Assembly (NCBI GenBank): GCA_020846365.1 | Contig: JADLEA010000197.1 | Span: 9,584-73,583 of the forward strand | Direction: 5' to 3' | Source: Bacteroidota bacterium | GTDB taxonomy: Bacteria; Bacteroidota; Ignavibacteria; UBA10030; UBA6906 | Length of the DNA: 64,000 bases | Shown here: positions 19,776-28,728 of the stretch, in pieces | Position numbering within the stretch: position 1 is the stretch's first letter | Layout of the letters: every line of letters begins with the position of its first letter | The notes under the pieces: model-generated | Databases searched by the model: none | What the model was told of the DNA's origin: nothing | The model's input: the letters and a program-made list of their open reading frames with translations, nothing else | Position numbers and translations under genes: made by a program

Positions 19776-20936
19776 ATGCAACGAGCAACGGATGCATCAC
19801 GTCAACGGGTGGATTCGCTGGATGTTTTCCGAGGGGTGACAATCGCCGCCATGATCCTGGTGAACAACCCGGGATCGTTCGAAGACTCCTTCACCCAGCT
19901 GCGCCATGCGGCATGGCACGGTTGCACGCTGACCGATTGGATATTTCCGTTCTTCCTCTGGATCGTCGGTGTCTCAATGGTGTTCTCTTTTGCGAGGCGC
20001 TTGGAGCGGGGGGAAGACCGGACTGCGCTCTTCTTCCACGTCGTGCGGCGATCCGCAATTCTGATCATGCTGGGCCTGGTGGTGAACGGATTTCCTTTCG
20101 GGCTCTTCGGTGACGCTCCCTTCTCCTGGTCCACAATCCGGCTCCCCGGTGTGTTGCAGCGCATCGCGGTCTGCTACGCTGTTGCCGGCGCAATGCTCAT
20201 TCTGAGAGCAGGCAGGGGCGCGCGAATATGGACCATCGCTGCGTTACTGATCGGATACTGGCTCGCTATGATCCTGATACCGGTTCCCGGCCACGGGAGT
20301 GGACTCCTGGAGCCGGCGGGCAATCTTTGCTGGTACATTGATTCCTCGTTATTGGGTTCGCACACCTGGACTTATGCTCCCGCCGAGGGTTTCGATCCGG
20401 AAGGGATCCTGAGTACGCTTCCGGCGATTGCCACGACGCTGCTTGGAACTCTCGGAGGAGACTGGCTCCGCACGGAGCGCGAAGGCGTGGAGAAGACACG
20501 CCGGTTTCTGGTCACGGGAGCGGTGCTGATCGCCGGAGGATTACTGGCCAACACATGGTTTCCGATCAACAAGAACCTCTGGACCAGTTCGTACGTCCTC
20601 TACACGGGAGGGTGGGCCTTCGGTTGTTTCGGTGTTCTGTACTGGCTCGTGGACATCCGGAGGTGGAAAGCGCCGGTGACTCCCTTCCGCGTGTACGGCA
20701 GCAACGCGATCACGGTGTTCGTCGTCTCCGAGCTTCTCGCGACGGTGCTGTGGATACTCCCTGCTAGTCTGAGGGAAGGACAACAGCTGTCGCTTCACGA
20801 TGAGATCTACGAGAGAGCATTTCTTCCGCTGACTTCTCCCCCGGTTGCCTCGTTGTTGTTCGCGCTGGCTTTCGTTCTTGCCCTGTACATCCTTGCGTTG
20901 GTCATGTGGCGCAACAAGTGGTTTGTCAAAATCTAG
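19776..20936 (+). CDS. Polytopic membrane acyltransferase-like protein (HGSNAT / DUF1624-DUF5009 family)
   Basis: SLDVFRGVTIAAMILVNNPG and the multi-TM body resemble heparan-alpha-glucosaminide N-acetyltransferase-like proteins. AGGAGG lies 6 nt upstream of ATG 19776. Confidence 0.6.
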   Translation: MQRATDASRQRVDSLDVFRGVTIAAMILVNNPGSFEDSFTQLRHAAWHGCTLTDWIFPFFLWIVGVSMVFSFARRLERGEDRTALFFHVVRRSAILIMLGLVVNGFPFGLFGDAPFSWSTIRLPGVLQRIAVCYAVAGAMLILRAGRGARIWTIAALLIGYWLAMILIPVPGHGSGLLEPAGNLCWYIDSSLLGSHTWTYAPAEGFDPEGILSTLPAIATTLLGTLGGDWLRTEREGVEKTRRFLVTGAVLIAGGLLANTWFPINKNLWTSSYVLYTGGWAFGCFGVLYWLVDIRRWKAPVTPFRVYGSNAITVFVVSELLATVLWILPASLREGQQLSLHDEIYERAFLPLTSPPVASLLFALAFVLALYILALVMWRNKWFVKI

Positions 20937-21020
20937 TCTGGAGGTGCATCCGTAATGCCTTATTATTCATCATGTTACGGAGCGTTTTGACACCGTTGTC
21001 ACGATTTTGTGCGAAATGTC

Positions 21021-21049
21021 TTGACAACGGGAGATAGATGTCGTATAAT
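21021..21049 (+). promoter_or_regulatory. Consensus sigma70-type promoter: TTGACA, 17-nt spacer, TATAAT, upstream of the LacI-family regulator gene
   Basis: The sequence ttgacaacgggagatagatgtcgtataat is an exact match to both consensus hexamers with a 17-nt spacer. Confidence 0.5.
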
Positions 21050-21050
21050 A

Positions 21051-21070
21051 GCGCAAACGTTTGTGCGCAT
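21051..21070 (+). promoter_or_regulatory. LacI-family operator-like palindrome (TGCGCAAACGTTTGTGCGCA; core CAAACGTTTG) at the predicted transcription start of the LacI gene
   Basis: It has a perfect 10-bp palindrome core with extended, imperfect GCG/CGC arms. It resembles the PurR-type box ACGCAAACGTTTGCGT. It lies immediately downstream of the -10 hexamer. Confidence 0.4.
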
Positions 21071-21093
21071 TTGCCTGTAATCGGCTTGGAGGG

Positions 21094-22146
21094 ATGTTGC
21101 CGGCGACCTTGCACGACATAGCCAGGAAATCAGGGCTGTCAGTTTCCACCGTCTCGCGGATCCTGAATAAGAAATCTGCGAAGTACAGGATCAGCGAGGC
21201 GACGGAGAAGCTTGTGCAGAAGACTGCGAGGGAACTGAACTACAGACCAAACCAGCTGGCGAGGGGGTTGCGGCTGAAGCGAACGCACACGATCGGGCTG
21301 GTCGCGCCCGATCTGTCAAATCCGTTCTTCGCCTCAATCATGAAGAGCGCACAAGTGGTTGCGCACGGACTCGGGTACAGTCTGATCGTGTGCGACACCG
21401 ATGAAAATGTGCAGATGGAGGTCGAGCATGTCAACCTCCTGTACAGCAAAGGCGTGGACGGCATGATTGTCCTGCCTGTCGGACAGAAGAACAGTCACCT
21501 TGGTTTTTTTGTAGAACATGCCGTTCCCCTTGTGCTCGTCGATCGTGTATTCAATGACCTCACCGCCAACACGGTTCTCATCGACAACTATGGCGGCGCT
21601 CGGGAAGCCGTGGAGTTTCTGATCTCGCGGGGGCACAGCCGTATCGCCATAATTCAAGGTCTACCAAGCACTTACACGAGCAACGAGCGCTTGCGCGGTT
21701 ACACCGACGCGCTCTCGCACCACAATATCCCTGTTGACGAATCGCTGATACTCGGGAAGGATTTCCGGAAACAGAATGGTTACATCGAGACAAAGTTCCT
21801 GCTCCGTCGAAGTGAACGGCCGACCGCAATCTTCACCACAAGCGATCTGATCACGCTCGGCGCGCTGGAAGCTATATTCGAGGAAGGCCTCGAAGTCCCC
21901 ACAGATATCTCCGTCATTGCCTTCGATGAAGTCGAATCGGCGGACTTTTTCCGATGCCCCATAACCGTCATCGCCCAACCCAAGGAGACCATCGGCGAAA
22001 TAGCCGTGAAGCTTCTCATTGAGCAGATCCGGAGTCCGAAAAAGCTAGACCCCCGGCAGATTGTCCTCAAGCCACACCTGATCGTTCGTGAGTCTGTGGC
22101 CCGGGTAGATGTTCACTCCGCTGCTGATCTTGCAGCTGTTCCGTAA
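21094..22146 (+). CDS. LacI-family transcriptional regulator
   Basis: The N-terminal HTH is ATLHDIARKSGLSVSTVSRILN. A periplasmic-binding-protein-like effector domain follows (THTIGLVAPDLSNPFF...). GGAGGG lies upstream of ATG 21094. Confidence 0.9.
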   Translation: MLPATLHDIARKSGLSVSTVSRILNKKSAKYRISEATEKLVQKTARELNYRPNQLARGLRLKRTHTIGLVAPDLSNPFFASIMKSAQVVAHGLGYSLIVCDTDENVQMEVEHVNLLYSKGVDGMIVLPVGQKNSHLGFFVEHAVPLVLVDRVFNDLTANTVLIDNYGGAREAVEFLISRGHSRIAIIQGLPSTYTSNERLRGYTDALSHHNIPVDESLILGKDFRKQNGYIETKFLLRRSERPTAIFTTSDLITLGALEAIFEEGLEVPTDISVIAFDEVESADFFRCPITVIAQPKETIGEIAVKLLIEQIRSPKKLDPRQIVLKPHLIVRESVARVDVHSAADLAAVP

Positions 22147-22253
22147 CTCAAGACATATCCAGGACTAGTACCACCACGCATGTTTCTGAACGAATGCCCT
22201 TCGTCTCCAAAAATGTCCCTTTCATGCACAAACGATTGTGCAAAGGCACTTTG

Positions 22254-23624
22254 ATGAACATCCCCCCGCTCTCAGCGCATACCTGCTCGCTGCGCATCGC
22301 GCGCAACCTGCATCTTCTGCTCATCACGACCCTCATCACGGGAATGAGCATTCTCCTGCCCGCATGCGGAGGAAAGGAAGAAGACCGGTCGGGAAAGGTG
22401 GAGATCACCTTCTGGCACAGCCTGGTGTCTTCGACCGTGCCGGCGCTGCAGGACCTGATCAAGAAATTCGAGGAGGAGCATCCCGGTATCACCGTCAAAG
22501 CGCAATACGTGCCCACAGGGGATGCCCTGATCCAGAAGCTTGTCACCGCCGTGCACAGCAACACAGCTCCCGACGTCTCGTGGATCCACGCCAACTTTAT
22601 GCAGGATCTCATTGAAGCCGATGCGATCTATACCATGGAAGAGTTCATCCGCGGTCCGGACAGTCTCCCGCAGGCCGACCTCCAGGATATATACCCCGCC
22701 CTCATGGAGCAGGCGAAATGGCGCGGGGTGCTCTACAGCATGCCGATGGAGGCCACTGCGCTGGGACTTCTGTGCAATCGTGAGCTCTTCAGAAACGCAG
22801 GTTTGGATCCGGATCAGCCGCCCCGGGACTGGAACGAGCTTCGCGCGATGGCGCGCAAGCTCACGCTGGACAAGAACGGCGACGGAAAGTTCGAGCAGAT
22901 GGGCCTCTTCATCCCCATTTTCCCGTACTCCGGTCCGTACGGCGATTGGATGGTGTGGCAGTGGTATCCGTTCCTGTTCCAGGCGGGTGGAAATGTCATC
23001 ACCCTCGACCAGTCTCGCGTGTTGTTCGACAGTCCTGAGGCAATCACGGCGCTCACGCTCTGGAAAGAGATCTACAATGATCTCAACCTCTCCTCCTTTA
23101 CAATCGATTACGAGGTGGCCTTCGCTTCCAAAACGCTGGCGATGGCGATCGATGGCCCCTGGAATATTCCCCGGTGGAGGAAGATGAAGAATCTCGATTG
23201 GACGGTTGCCCCGCTGCCTGCGGGTCCTGCGCGCAACGCCACGGTTGCCGGCGGTGAGTATCTTTCCATCTTCAAGCAGAGCCGCCACCCGAAGGAGACC
23301 TGGATGTTTGTCAAATGGATGCTCCGGCCGGACGTGCAGGCGTTCTGGTCGATGCGATCGGGATATCTGCCGGTCCGCCATGCGGTCCGCTCGGTCAAGG
23401 AGTACAACGACTACCTGGAGACGGATCCCCCTTTGCGGGCCTATGTGGAATCAATGGAGTTCGCCGTTGCCCCGCGCCCGATCGACTACCACAGCCTGAG
23501 GATCAGCAGACACCTTGCCGAGGCGTTGGAGCAGGCAACGCTGGGGCGGAAGGACCCGGCGACGGTCCTGCGTCGCGCAGCGGCGGAATCCAATCGCCTG
23601 TTGGAATCAGTCGTCCGAAAGTAA
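22254..23624 (+). CDS. ABC transporter substrate-binding protein (carbohydrate, family 1), lipoprotein or secreted
   Basis: The signal or lipobox region is LLITTLITGMSILLPACGG. Family-1 solute-binding protein features follow (VEITFWHS..., KW...YSMPME...). The start is uncertain; 22194 and 22224 are also in frame. Confidence 0.75.
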   Translation: MNIPPLSAHTCSLRIARNLHLLLITTLITGMSILLPACGGKEEDRSGKVEITFWHSLVSSTVPALQDLIKKFEEEHPGITVKAQYVPTGDALIQKLVTAVHSNTAPDVSWIHANFMQDLIEADAIYTMEEFIRGPDSLPQADLQDIYPALMEQAKWRGVLYSMPMEATALGLLCNRELFRNAGLDPDQPPRDWNELRAMARKLTLDKNGDGKFEQMGLFIPIFPYSGPYGDWMVWQWYPFLFQAGGNVITLDQSRVLFDSPEAITALTLWKEIYNDLNLSSFTIDYEVAFASKTLAMAIDGPWNIPRWRKMKNLDWTVAPLPAGPARNATVAGGEYLSIFKQSRHPKETWMFVKWMLRPDVQAFWSMRSGYLPVRHAVRSVKEYNDYLETDPPLRAYVESMEFAVAPRPIDYHSLRISRHLAEALEQATLGRKDPATVLRRAAAESNRLLESVVRK

Positions 23625-23663
23625 GCATTTACACCAGGGAGAACGCGCATCACCGGTCACCAT

Positions 23664-24587
23664 ATGGTCAAAGCAACTCCACACGCCGATCAGCACCAGC
23701 AGTCCCGCCGCGCCCGGGAGCGAAAAGACATCATTGCGGGAGTGTTGTTTCTCTCCCCGACGCTACTGGTCTTCTCCCTGTTTGTCGTGTTCCCCGTCGT
23801 GTTCTCGTTCTTTCTGAGCTTCCACAAATGGAATATGTTCAGCGCGGAGCAGGCTTTTGTCGGGTTTGACAACTATGCGGCAATCCTTGTGAACCCGGAG
23901 TTCTGGTCCGTCCTTTCCAATACGGCTCTGTACACTCTGGGCACCGTCCCGCTCAATATGGTTATCGCTCTTGCCGCGGCTTACGTGTTGAACAAGAAGA
24001 TCATCGGCCGGCGGATTCTGCGCACCGCCTTTTTCCTTCCCGTCGTAATGTCTCCGGTCGCGGCTGCCGTCATCTGGCGGTGGGTGTACGAGCCGAACTT
24101 CGGCCTGCTCAATTACGGGTTGAGTGTGTTCGGTATCCCGTCTGTCAACTGGCTCAACGACCCGACGGCCGCGATGTTTGCGCTGATCCTGATGGGAGTT
24201 TGGAAATCCTTCGGTGTCAACCTGGTCCTGTTCTCCGCCGGCCTGCAGGGCATTCCGGAGCAGTACTACGAGGCGGCACAGATCGACGGCGCGGGGAAGG
24301 TGCGGCAGTTCTGGAACATCACGCTGCCGTTGCTCAGCCCGACGACATTCTTCATTCTTGTCATGTCGATCATCAGTTCGTTCCAGGTCTTCGACACAGT
24401 GTACGTGCTCACGTCCGGCGGACCGCTGGGTTCGACGAAGGTTCTGGTCTTCTACCTGTACGAAAACGCATTCAAGTACTTTGAAATGGGATACGCCTCC
24501 GCGGTGGCGTACCTGCTGTTTGCGATTGTCTTTGTCTTGACCCTCGTGCAGGTGAAGTACCTGCGCGGAAGCGTACACTACGGATAG
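23664..24587 (+). CDS. Carbohydrate ABC transporter permease (MalF/UgpA-like)
   Basis: It has 6-TM topology and the EAA-type loop region GIPEQYYEAAQIDGAG. Confidence 0.85.
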   Translation: MVKATPHADQHQQSRRARERKDIIAGVLFLSPTLLVFSLFVVFPVVFSFFLSFHKWNMFSAEQAFVGFDNYAAILVNPEFWSVLSNTALYTLGTVPLNMVIALAAAYVLNKKIIGRRILRTAFFLPVVMSPVAAAVIWRWVYEPNFGLLNYGLSVFGIPSVNWLNDPTAAMFALILMGVWKSFGVNLVLFSAGLQGIPEQYYEAAQIDGAGKVRQFWNITLPLLSPTTFFILVMSIISSFQVFDTVYVLTSGGPLGSTKVLVFYLYENAFKYFEMGYASAVAYLLFAIVFVLTLVQVKYLRGSVHYG

Positions 24588-24593
24588 GCGTAC

Positions 24594-25439
24594 ATGCCAG
24601 CAGCGAAAAAACGGACCGTGTTGACCCTCAGCGGAAGCGTGCTGCTGCACGTGGTGGTGTACGGGCTTGCGCTCGCGACCATTGCGCCGTTTCTCTGGAT
24701 GGTGCTGACATCGGTCAAGGATCTGCCGGAGATTCTGACCTATCCTCCCCGATGGATTCCCGAGCGGGCGACGCTGGACAATTTCGTGAATGCCTTCGAG
24801 GCCGCGCCGTTCGGACGGTACTACTTCAACAGCCTGTTTGTAGCATTCAGCGTGACCGCGGGCCAGCTAATCACCTGTTCGATGGCGGCGTATGCTTTCG
24901 CAAGGCTGCAGTTCCGGGGGAGGGATGTGCTGTTCTACCTCTTCCTCGGGACGATGATGATCCCCGGACAGGTCACGATGATTCCCAGCTTCATGGTGCT
25001 GCATTGGCTCGGGTGGGTTGACAGCTACTATGCGCTGATCGTTCCAGGGCTCGCGTCGGCGTTCGGGACCTTTCTGCTGCGCCAGTTCTTCCTTACGATT
25101 CCCCGTGATCTGGAGGATGCGGCGAGTCTGGACGGGTGCAGCAGATTCGGCGTGCTGTGGCGGATCATCCTTCCGCTCTCGCGGCCCGCCCTCGCCACCC
25201 TCGCGATCTTCACGTTCATGGGCGTGTTCAATGATTTTCTCTGGGCGTTGATTGTCGTCAGCTCTGACGAGATGAAAACGGTCCAGCTTGGACTCGCCAT
25301 TTTCCGGGACCGCTACCAGACGGATTGGGGGCAGCTTATGGCGGCGTCTGTGACAGCGACCCTGCCGATTATCATCGTGTTCTTTGCCGCCCAGAAGTAC
25401 TTCATCAGGGGGATCACGCTGAGCGGGATGAAAGACTAA
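24594..25439 (+). CDS. Carbohydrate ABC transporter permease (MalG/UgpE-like)
   Basis: It has the permease EAA motif region (PRDLEDAASLDGCSRFGVLWRIILP). It lies 7 nt after the preceding permease gene. Confidence 0.85.
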   Translation: MPAAKKRTVLTLSGSVLLHVVVYGLALATIAPFLWMVLTSVKDLPEILTYPPRWIPERATLDNFVNAFEAAPFGRYYFNSLFVAFSVTAGQLITCSMAAYAFARLQFRGRDVLFYLFLGTMMIPGQVTMIPSFMVLHWLGWVDSYYALIVPGLASAFGTFLLRQFFLTIPRDLEDAASLDGCSRFGVLWRIILPLSRPALATLAIFTFMGVFNDFLWALIVVSSDEMKTVQLGLAIFRDRYQTDWGQLMAASVTATLPIIIVFFAAQKYFIRGITLSGMKD

Positions 25440-25465
25440 TGTTCCATTCTCAGGAAGAGAGAGCC

Positions 25466-26434
25466 ATGAAGCGCAAGAATCTGGAATCGACGGCGTCGCT
25501 GACGCTGTTCCTCCTGGCGTTCCTCCTGATGGGGGGATGTGCCTCTGACGAGGACACGGCCCTCGCGCCGTACACCGAACGTCCCACACGGCTGTCGAAG
25601 GTGGCAATACAGGACAGCACGTTCACGCCGAAGGTCACCTGGGTAGGCGGGTACGTGGCGGCATTCGGCGTCAACACCGGTTCCCGAGCGGCGCTGGATG
25701 CCTCGCTTGCCTGGCTGGTTGCGCAGAGCGGCAACACGCTCCGCTATCCCATCACCATCGGACAGCTCCCGTCAGGTGCGCAGGATCTGACGGCACAGTT
25801 CGGAGGCACGCCCCGGTCCCAGTTGACGGAAGACTCCACGTACACGTACTGGGTGATGACCGCCGATGCGTGGGATCTGGTGCGCCAGCTGCCGGAGGCC
25901 TCGCGGAGGACGCTTACAGTGGACACCTCCGCCACCGCCATCGTCCAGTCGCGCAACGACACCGCCTTTGTCCGGGCTGCAAGCTGCGCGATCATGACCC
26001 GCCGGACCGACGTGTTTATCAACATCGACGACTTCCGCCCTTATGGGAGGCTGGCGACGCTGGGACTGATACACACCGGCACGTCGAACAACCCGACGAT
26101 CACATGGCAGATCCGGGATGCGGGAGTCGACACGGCGATCTCCGCCATCGGCATTGTGCGGGGCCAGACGTATGAAGTCGCCAATGTGGTCTGGGAAATG
26201 ATCTCCGCCATCGAGCTTCCCGATACGACGATCTACTGGGTGAACAATGTCATCAGGGGCCCGATCGTGGCCGGGACGCAACTCCCGAACACCCAGACCT
26301 TCACGGAATACCCGGCGGGCGGGCTCGAACGCGGGTACAGCTACATGCTCTGGATCGCCAATAAGGATTGGGACCGCGAAGGGAGGCTTCGCTCCACGCC
26401 GAACTATGCGTACGCGCTTTTCACTGTCTGGTGA
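25466..26434 (+). CDS. Hypothetical lipoprotein with an internal two-fold repeat; last gene of the ABC transporter cassette
   Basis: The lipobox is LLAFLLMGGCASDED. An AGGAAGAGAGAG ribosome-binding site is present. Two homologous halves end in ...YTYWVMTADAWD and ...YSYMLWIANKDWD. No recognisable catalytic motif was found. Confidence 0.55.
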   Translation: MKRKNLESTASLTLFLLAFLLMGGCASDEDTALAPYTERPTRLSKVAIQDSTFTPKVTWVGGYVAAFGVNTGSRAALDASLAWLVAQSGNTLRYPITIGQLPSGAQDLTAQFGGTPRSQLTEDSTYTYWVMTADAWDLVRQLPEASRRTLTVDTSATAIVQSRNDTAFVRAASCAIMTRRTDVFINIDDFRPYGRLATLGLIHTGTSNNPTITWQIRDAGVDTAISAIGIVRGQTYEVANVVWEMISAIELPDTTIYWVNNVIRGPIVAGTQLPNTQTFTEYPAGGLERGYSYMLWIANKDWDREGRLRSTPNYAYALFTVW

Positions 26435-26479
26435 CGTCAAAAGCACTCAACGAAGGGAGGTGAACGTCTTCTAGAAGAG

Positions 26480-26498
26480 GTACACAGTCTGTACACAG
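26480..26498 (+). promoter_or_regulatory. Direct repeat GTACACAG (TCT) GTACACAG (two TGTACA palindromes 11 bp apart) 55-70 nt upstream of the CBM9-like T9SS gene; candidate regulator binding site
   Basis: It is exactly repeated in the sequence. No function can be assigned. Confidence 0.2.
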
Positions 26499-26552
26499 CT
26501 GCAAACCACGTTTCATCAGTATGCTCCGTACACAATCCCAAGGAGGATTGAG

Positions 26553-28532
26553 ATGAAAAGACAACTTCTGCTTCTGCTGGTGGCCCTCACGGTTGTGGCG
26601 ATGGGAGCGTTTGCGCAGGACTACCAGCGCAAGGTGGTGGATGTACCGAAAGTGGACCCTACCGCAATCACGATCGACGGGGTGATGGACGAAGCGGCCT
26701 GGAACACCGCAGCGAGGGCGAACCTTGTGACCTCGACGGGTTTTGACATGTTTGCGTACTACTACGGGCGCGAGCTGGCCGAGCCGGATTTTGATGAGTA
26801 TGTCGGTCGCATGCTGTGGGCACAGGACACGTTGTTCGTCTTCATACACATCGACGAAATGGTCAATGATTCCACGGACCTCTACTGGCGCGGCAAATGG
26901 TCTGCCGATCAGCTGTTCGTGAGCATCTCCAGCCGGTTGGGCATTGACATGAAAGGATGGTATGACGGGAACGTGTACGCTGCGCCGGACGGACCCTACC
27001 ATTTCCTGATCCTTGCCGATAGCGTCACGCTGAACAACACGGAAGTCACGGGGATACCGGATGAATTCATGCGCTTCCCCGAGGACACGCAGCGCGTATT
27101 CCAGGCGTCGGACGTGGCGCGCTGGGGCATCGCCATCAATCCGACCACCGGCGTGTGGGATGTCGAAATGGCTATCTACAACCCCCATATCGCGGCCGGC
27201 AGCTCGATCGGCTTCAACATCGGGGGGAGCGTGGGTTCGACGAAGGGATTCGAGGCTGACTCCGATGCCTACGCGTACTACACCTGGCAGCCAAGCGTCA
27301 TCGATTCCCCCTACGCCCAGCCGCCGAACGTGCCCATTCCCTCGTGGGGCACGGATCCCGGCTCGTACAACCTCGCCACGTCAGTCACCTGGGCAATACT
27401 GCAGTTCACTCCGGGCATGGATGATCTCTACCTCCGGAGGCAGGTGGACGTGCCGCGGGTTGCGCCCGAGGCAATCACCAGCGATGGTCAGATGACGGAA
27501 CCGGAATGGACGGACGCGGCTACAGCGGAGATGGCTTCGCCGACCGGCTTCGATATGTTCGCGTATTACTATGGGCGCGAACTGGCCGAACCGGATTTCG
27601 ACGAACTCACCGGCCGGTTGCTGTGGTCGAAGGAAACCCTGTATGTCTTCATGCACATCGATGAGATCGTCAACGACTCGACCGACCTCTACTGGCGCGG
27701 GAAATGGTCCGCAGACCAGCTGTTCATCAGCCTGTCGAACCGGCTGGGCATCGATATGAAGGGCTGGTACGACGGCAACGTCTACGCGGCGCCGGACGGA
27801 CCGTATCACTTCCTCGTGCTGGCTGACAGCGTCACGCTGAACAATACCGAAGTCACCGGGATTCCGGATGAGTTCATGCTGACGGAGACCGATACCCAGC
27901 GGGTCTTCTATGCATCGGATGTGGCGCGTTCGGCGATCACGATCAATCCAACGACGGGCGTGTGGGATGTCGAAATGGCCATCTACAATCCCAACGTGAA
28001 CCTGGGCACCAGAATAGGGTTCAACGTGGGCGGCAGCGTCGGTTCGACGTATGCATTCGATGCCGATAGTGACGCATATGCCTACTGGACATGGCAGCCG
28101 AGTGTGCTCGACTCTCCGTACGCGCAGCCCCCGAATGTTCCCGTACCGTCGTGGGGAACGGATCCCGGCTCCTACAACCTTGCGACATCCGTCACGTGGG
28201 CCGTTCTCAACTTCAAGGCGACAACCGGCCCGTCCGACGTTTCCGACATGGGAACCGGAATTCCGGCGGCCTACGCGTTGAGCCAGAACTACCCCAATCC
28301 GTTCAACCCATCCACCCGGATCCGGTTTGCTCTTCCCCAATCCGGCCTGGTCACCCTCACCGTGCATAATCTGCTCGGACAGGAGGTCGCCCGGCTTGCG
28401 AATGAAGTCCGTGCGGCGGGTTCGCATGAGGTATCGTGGAATGCCAAAAACCTGGCAACCGGCCTGTATTTCTACCGGCTGAAGGTGGATAACCGCGTAA
28501 TCGAAACGAAGAAGATGGTTCTCCTTAAGTAG
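26553..28532 (+). CDS. Secreted T9SS cargo protein with two tandem CBM9-like carbohydrate-binding modules
   Basis: It has a signal peptide and an AGGAGG ribosome-binding site. Two ~265-aa modules, each beginning VDVP(K/R)V.P.AIT.DG.M.E..W (a CBM9-type opening), are about 80 % identical. The C-terminal tail is ...LSQNYPNPFNPSTRIRFALP...LTVHNLLGQEV...GLYFYRL...KKMVLLK. Confidence 0.7.
   Translation: MKRQLLLLLVALTVVAMGAFAQDYQRKVVDVPKVDPTAITIDGVMDEAAWNTAARANLVTSTGFDMFAYYYGRELAEPDFDEYVGRMLWAQDTLFVFIHIDEMVNDSTDLYWRGKWSADQLFVSISSRLGIDMKGWYDGNVYAAPDGPYHFLILADSVTLNNTEVTGIPDEFMRFPEDTQRVFQASDVARWGIAINPTTGVWDVEMAIYNPHIAAGSSIGFNIGGSVGSTKGFEADSDAYAYYTWQPSVIDSPYAQPPNVPIPSWGTDPGSYNLATSVTWAILQFTPGMDDLYLRRQVDVPRVAPEAITSDGQMTEPEWTDAATAEMASPTGFDMFAYYYGRELAEPDFDELTGRLLWSKETLYVFMHIDEIVNDSTDLYWRGKWSADQLFISLSNRLGIDMKGWYDGNVYAAPDGPYHFLVLADSVTLNNTEVTGIPDEFMLTETDTQRVFYASDVARSAITINPTTGVWDVEMAIYNPNVNLGTRIGFNVGGSVGSTYAFDADSDAYAYWTWQPSVLDSPYAQPPNVPVPSWGTDPGSYNLATSVTWAVLNFKATTGPSDVSDMGTGIPAAYALSQNYPNPFNPSTRIRFALPQSGLVTLTVHNLLGQEVARLANEVRAAGSHEVSWNAKNLATGLYFYRLKVDNRVIETKKMVLLK
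26630..28230 (+). repeat. Tandem in-frame duplication of about 800 bp (two copies, about 26630-27420 and about 27440-28230) encoding the CBM9-like modules
   Basis: The protein-level repeat is obvious (FDMFAYYYGRELAEPDFDE...DSTDLYWRGKWSADQLF... occurs twice). The boundaries are approximate. Confidence 0.8.
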
Positions 28533-28728
28533 GTACCGCGGTATCCGGAAAGGCGTCGCCCAACCGTACCGACGCTTCAGCCGGATGCTCCGGGATAGAG
28601 ACGGCGACCGGAGGTGGTCAGCAGTCAAGTCCTCCTCCGGCGCCGCTTCCGGGATCCGCAGCAGGGAACAGCGGGTCTCAGCAGCGGCGAGTGGGCAGGG
28701 GTGATGCACATGAGAATCAGGACACCAA

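Noticed and set aside
28591-28640. Two small GC hairpins (CCGGAtgcTCCGG; CCGGAGG ... CCTCCGG) 60-110 nt downstream of the CBM9-like T9SS gene.
   Set aside because: The stems are short, there is no U-tract, and the site is far from the stop codon. The terminator call is not supportable.
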